Shown here one piece after another: positions 60,655 through 64,000 of a DNA stretch of 64,000 nt (position 1 is its first letter; the number at the start of each line of letters is the position of its first letter). A program made the translations under genes and the position numbers. This DNA comes from an uncultured Actinomycetota bacterium. GTDB taxonomy: Bacteria; Actinomycetota; Acidimicrobiia; Acidimicrobiales; Bog-793. A model generated the notes under the pieces. That model was not told the origin of the DNA, searched no databases, and saw only the letters and a list, made by a program, of their open reading frames with translations. The stretch covers positions 1,756,655 to 1,820,654 of the forward strand of contig CAVVDX010000002.1 in the NCBI GenBank assembly GCA_963747085.1. Reading direction: 5' to 3'.

Positions 60655-61085
60655 CGATCGCCGGGCTCGAACACGACGATCTTGGAGTCCCCCGATCGCG
60701 ACTCGAAGCAGGCCCGCAACCGGAGGCCTGGCGACAGCTGCTCCGGCGCCACACGGCGCAGCATCGCGAACACCCTCACACCCTCGTCGAGCGCCACGAT
60801 GCCGCCGACGTAGGGGAGCTCGTGGCTGAACTCCGCTGAGAAAGCGTGGCGCGTGACGGTCCAGGTGTAGAGCTGGCCGAGCCCGCTCACAGGTGTCCAC
60901 TCGAGGGCGGATCCCGCACAGTCGGGGCAGTTGGCGCGCGGAGGGTGCATCCACCGGCCGCAGGAGGTGCACCGTTGAACCCGGAGCTCGTCGACTGCCT
61001 GATAACCGAAGTACTCCCCGGCTCTCCCTTCGAGCAGCGGCCCCGGCAGCGAAGTACCGCCGGGTGCCGCGTGATCGGCCGTCAC
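60651..61085 (-). CDS. DUF35 zinc-ribbon/OB-fold protein (thiolase partner)
   Basis: Zinc ribbon CTSCGRWMHPPRANCPDCAG followed by an OB-fold-like segment. GTGA overlap with the upstream thiolase-like gene. Confidence 0.85.
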   Translation of the reverse strand: MTADHAAPGGTSLPGPLLEGRAGEYFGYQAVDELRVQRCTSCGRWMHPPRANCPDCAGSALEWTPVSGLGQLYTWTVTRHAFSAEFSHELPYVGGIVALDEGVRVFAMLRRVAPEQLSPGLRLRACFESRSGDSKIVVFEPGDR

Positions 61086-62258
61086 GACAGCCGCTCGAGC
61101 ACGGCGATGCTCCCGTCCGCCATGTCGCCCCAGCCGGTCACCACGCCGAGCCGAGCCCGGGGAACCTGCGACGGGCCCGCCTCGTGCCGCAACTGCCGCA
61201 CCGCCTCGACCACATGATTCATCCCGAGTGCATGAGCCTGTGAGAGCAACCCTCCATGCGTGTTGACGGGAAGACGACCGCCAAGCTCGATCGCGCCGCT
61301 CATCACGAATTCACCGCCGGCGCCGCGCTCGCAGAACCCAGCTTCCTCGAGCTGCTGGATCACCTCGAAGGTGAAGCAGTCGTAGACTTGGGCGAAATCC
61401 ATATCAGCGGGGCCGACCCCGGCTCGTTCGAAAGCAACAGGCGCCGCCTTGGTGAGCCCGATGTCGAAGAGCGACGGGCGATTGCAGATGTCGGATGCCG
61501 GCTCTGCCCGCGCTTCGGCGACCGAACGGATCGCGACCGCTCGCCGATCGAGGCGACGAGCGGTCGACCTCGTGGCCACGATCACCGCCGCGGCCGCATC
61601 GGTCTCCAGGCAGCAGTCGAAGCGACGGTAGGGTTCGACGACAAACGGTGACGCCAGGTAGTCCTCGAGGAGCATCGGGCGATCTCGCATCAGTGCGTTC
61701 GGAGTCAGCTGGGCATGTTTGCGGCAGGCGAGCGCGACGGCCGCGAAGGCCTCGGGGCGAGTGCCGAACTCGATCATGTGCCGCCGCGCCATCAGCGCGT
61801 ACACCTGAGAGGGTGCCACCGTCCCGTAGGCGAGAAAGTAGTCGCGTACCGTGCGACGGAAGGTGGTGACCGGGTTCGCTCTCGCGTTCTGGCTTGGCGC
61901 GCGACCCGGAATAACCGTTCCAGCCTGTGGGCACGACGACGGCCCTGGCGATGCCGGCCTCGACGGCAAGCGCAGCGTGCTGCAACGACGCCACCGGGCT
62001 CGCTCCACCCATCTGGACTTGCGCCGAAAACCTCACCTCGCGCATGCCCAGGTTGTCGGCCAGCTCTTCAGCCGTGGCGTTGATGTACGGCGTCATCACG
62101 CCGTCGAGATCGCGTGGATCGATGCCGGCGTCGGTCGCCGCTCGACGAGCCCCGGTGAGCACGAGCTCCAGGTCCGAGACGCCGGAGCCGGGCGCACGGC
62201 AGTAGTCCGTCTCGCCCACGCCGATGATGCACGCCGTGTCCTCACTTCCCACGATCAC
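61082..62258 (-). pseudogene. SCP-x-type thiolase-like protein (lipid-transfer/Bbs-type), one +1 frame switch near 61880
   Basis: The N-terminal part is ACIIGVGETDYCRAPG...VVVPTGWNGYSGSRA. The text then continues in the +1 frame as NPVTTFRRTVRDYFLAYG...CCLETDAAAAVIV...NTHGGLLSQAHALGMN...-stop. The span is 1177 nt, which is 3n+1. Confidence 0.85.
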
Positions 62259-63027
62259 GACTGCGCGCCAGGAACTCGGCGATTCCTAGGCGGCCCTCCT
62301 CAGATGTCCGGGCCGCTAGGCCGGCTTCCATCGCGGCGGCGACATACGCCTCACGCTGATCTGCTGCCCACACCTTCGACAGGAGTGCCTTCGTCACACG
62401 CTGCGCGCCGGGCCATGCCGCGCAGAGCTGCGCGATGACTGCCTCGACCGCATCGTCGAGCTCCTCCGGGTCGGCCACCTCGTGCACGAGCCCGATTTGC
62501 TTGGCGGTCTCGGCACCGAAGCGCTCGCCGGTGACCATGAAGCGCCGGGCTGCGGACAGCCCGATCTTTGGCACGACATAGGTCGAGATCACCGCGGGAG
62601 CGATGCCGACACGCACCTCGCCGAAGCCGAAGCGCGCCCGCGACGAAGCCACAGCGATGTCCGAACAGGCGACGATGCCCACCCCGCCTCCGACCGCAGC
62701 ACCGTTGACCCGAGCGACCACGGGGTGCGGACAGCTGTCGATCGAGCGGAACAGGCGCTCGTTCGCCCAGGCGTCCTCGACCACCCGAGCGTAGGGCGCA
62801 TCGGCCATCTCTTGCAACGCGACCAGGTCCGCACCTGCGGAGAACGTGTCACCCGCGCCCGTGATGGCCACGACACGCACGTCCGGATCGGCTCCGAGCT
62901 GCTCGAAGGCGCCACACAGCTCGCGGGTGATCGCAGGCGACAGGGCGTTCTTGGAGTCCGCGCGATCGAGGGTGAGCCAGGCGACGCCGCGCTCGTCGTC
63001 TCGACGAACGACGGAGGTGCTCGACAC
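62242..63027 (-). CDS. enoyl-CoA hydratase/isomerase (crotonase) family
   Basis: GTG 63025-63027 lies 6 nt after AAGGGGA. FSAGADL and GAAVGGGVGIVACSD. Intact 261 aa. Confidence 0.9.
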   Translation of the reverse strand: MSSTSVVRRDDERGVAWLTLDRADSKNALSPAITRELCGAFEQLGADPDVRVVAITGAGDTFSAGADLVALQEMADAPYARVVEDAWANERLFRSIDSCPHPVVARVNGAAVGGGVGIVACSDIAVASSRARFGFGEVRVGIAPAVISTYVVPKIGLSAARRFMVTGERFGAETAKQIGLVHEVADPEELDDAVEAVIAQLCAAWPGAQRVTKALLSKVWAADQREAYVAAAMEAGLAARTSEEGRLGIAEFLARSRDRGK

Positions 63028-63073
63028 AGTGATTCCCCTTGGCTCGGAACGATCGGTACCAGTCGGTGCCCGA

Positions 63074-64000
63074 CTAGCTGTCCAAGAGCGACGAGACGCT
63101 GCTCGCTCCGTCCACGAAGCCCTGGACCAGGTCGTCCATCACGCCTCGCACCCGGCGAATCGATCTCATCATCCCCACGACTTGCCCGACAGCGGTGCCC
63201 ATCAGGGGCTCGATGCGATAGTCGAAGATCGCGGCCATCGTGTCGCGGACCAAGATTCCCTGCTCGGGCGCTGGAAGCGGTGCAGGAGCGCCCGGCGCGT
63301 CCCACTCGGCGACCCAGGGCGTCGTCAGCTGTCGCACCGGCTTGCCAGTCAGGCAGCGTGATCGCCTCGTGTCCTTCGAGCCGGCACGGATCAGCTTGGC
63401 CTTGACCTCGTCGAGGACGTCGCTCTCGACGGTGGCCAACCAGATGGAGCCGGTCCACACGCCCTGCGCGCCAAGGGCGACGGCGGCGGCGATCTGGCGC
63501 CCGTCGCCGATCCCACCAGCCGCGAGAACCGGCGTGCCGGGAACCTCGTCGACGACCTGCGGAACGAGCACCATGGTCGAGATCTCCCCGGTGTGGCCAC
63601 CCGCCTCGCCGCCGACCGCGACGATGATGTCCGCGCCCGCTTCGACGTGCCGTGTCGCCTGTCCGGGCGCACCGACCAGCCCGACGACGAGCCGACCGTC
63701 GCGGTGGAGAGAGTCCGCCAAGCCTGGAGGAGGTGGACCGAGGGCGCTTGCGACGAGCTTTGCGCCAAAGCGCGTCGCGACTTCAAACTTCTCCCTCGCC
63801 CGCTGGTTCGTGACGATCAGGTTGTCGCCTTCCTTGGCATACCGGTCGGGCTCCTTCGGCGGCGGTATCTGGAAGCGCTCCTTCAGGTCACGCACGAAGT
63901 CGAGGTGGCGTTGCGGAATGGCAAGCGCCATGGCCTCGACGTCGTCCCCTTCCGATTTCGCCGGAAAGAGCAGGTCGACGCCATACACCCGTCCGCCGAG
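63074..64000 (-). CDS. nitronate monooxygenase / NAD(P)H-dependent flavin oxidoreductase, 5-prime end beyond the right edge
   Basis: GGEAGGHTG and PVLAAGGIGDGRQIAAAVALGAQGVWTGS. The frame stays open to position 64000 (LGGRVYGVD...), so the true start is outside the window. Confidence 0.85.
   Translation of the reverse strand, partial: LGGRVYGVDLLFPAKSEGDDVEAMALAIPQRHLDFVRDLKERFQIPPPKEPDRYAKEGDNLIVTNQRAREKFEVATRFGAKLVASALGPPPPGLADSLHRDGRLVVGLVGAPGQATRHVEAGADIIVAVGGEAGGHTGEISTMVLVPQVVDEVPGTPVLAAGGIGDGRQIAAAVALGAQGVWTGSIWLATVESDVLDEVKAKLIRAGSKDTRRSRCLTGKPVRQLTTPWVAEWDAPGAPAPLPAPEQGILVRDTMAAIFDYRIEPLMGTAVGQVVGMMRSIRRVRGVMDDLVQGFVDGASSVSSLLDS

Overview
This is a very high-GC bacterial chromosomal segment, about 70-75 % GC by eye. 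One clearly lower-GC stretch lies at about 55.4-57.6 kb. The style looks Actinomycetota-like: frequent GTG starts, many 4-nt ATGA/GTGA start-stop overlaps, Ala/Arg/Gly-rich proteins, and secreted FN3 and propeller-repeat proteins reminiscent of Thermoleophilia such as Conexibacter or Solirubrobacter. That taxon is a guess. I support about 60 protein-coding genes. I recognised no rRNA, tRNA, CRISPR array, transposase or integrase.

Gene content from left to right:
- 1-8070 (-): a translationally coupled sugar-acid catabolic operon. It encodes a split transketolase, an FAH-family enzyme, an MBL hydrolase, a PanE-like reductase, a Zn-ADH, a class II aldolase-family protein, a DUF1537 kinase and an SDR. 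A divergent GntR regulator sits beside it.
- 9721-11619: a 632-aa protein of unknown function.
- 11.7-15.0 kb: a 7-repeat Cys-pair protein, followed by a MacB/FtsX-type ABC exporter whose ATPase carries a cNMP-binding domain.
- 15143-16945: an IlvD/Edd dehydratase.
- 17564-19144: a secreted protein with three FN3-like repeats.
- 20.1-24.5 kb: an amidohydrolase plus a NitT/TauT-type ABC importer with an NMT1/THI5-like binding protein.
- 24.7-38.5 kb (+): a 13-gene operon. It encodes two M20 peptidases, a B12-dependent acyl-CoA mutase, a family III CoA-transferase, an LLM oxidoreductase, a VOC/epimerase, a GntR regulator, TenA, three amidohydrolases and a Zn-ADH.
- 38.5-41.2 kb: a small accessory patch with a 16-bp tandem repeat, two Uma2 endonuclease genes, a RelE/ParE-like fragment and a sigma-factor fragment.
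- 41.2-42.2 kb (-): an MBL-fold hydrolase gene interrupted by one frame switch.
- 42.7-45.2 kb: two secreted proteins.
- 45.2-48.1 kb: a split PEP-utilising phosphotransferase pair, one half carrying a cNMP-binding domain.
- 49.5-54.6 kb: an S1C protease followed by a MoxR-DUF58-VWA-VWA (Bat-like) operon.
- 55-64 kb: a second acyl-CoA mutase with thiolase, CoA-transferase, two crotonases, a DUF35/SCP-x thiolase pair and a nitronate monooxygenase.

The dominant unexplained signal is that about 23 genes are interrupted by roughly 65-75 single-nucleotide reading-frame switches. The protein-like sequence continues cleanly in the alternative frame at each switch. The switches cluster in blocks and are about 4:1 biased toward an extra base. 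I cannot tell real pseudogenisation from assembly indels using the sequence alone. The pattern looks more technical than biological to me. Many long ORFs in the supplied track are antisense or read-through artefacts of the high GC content.
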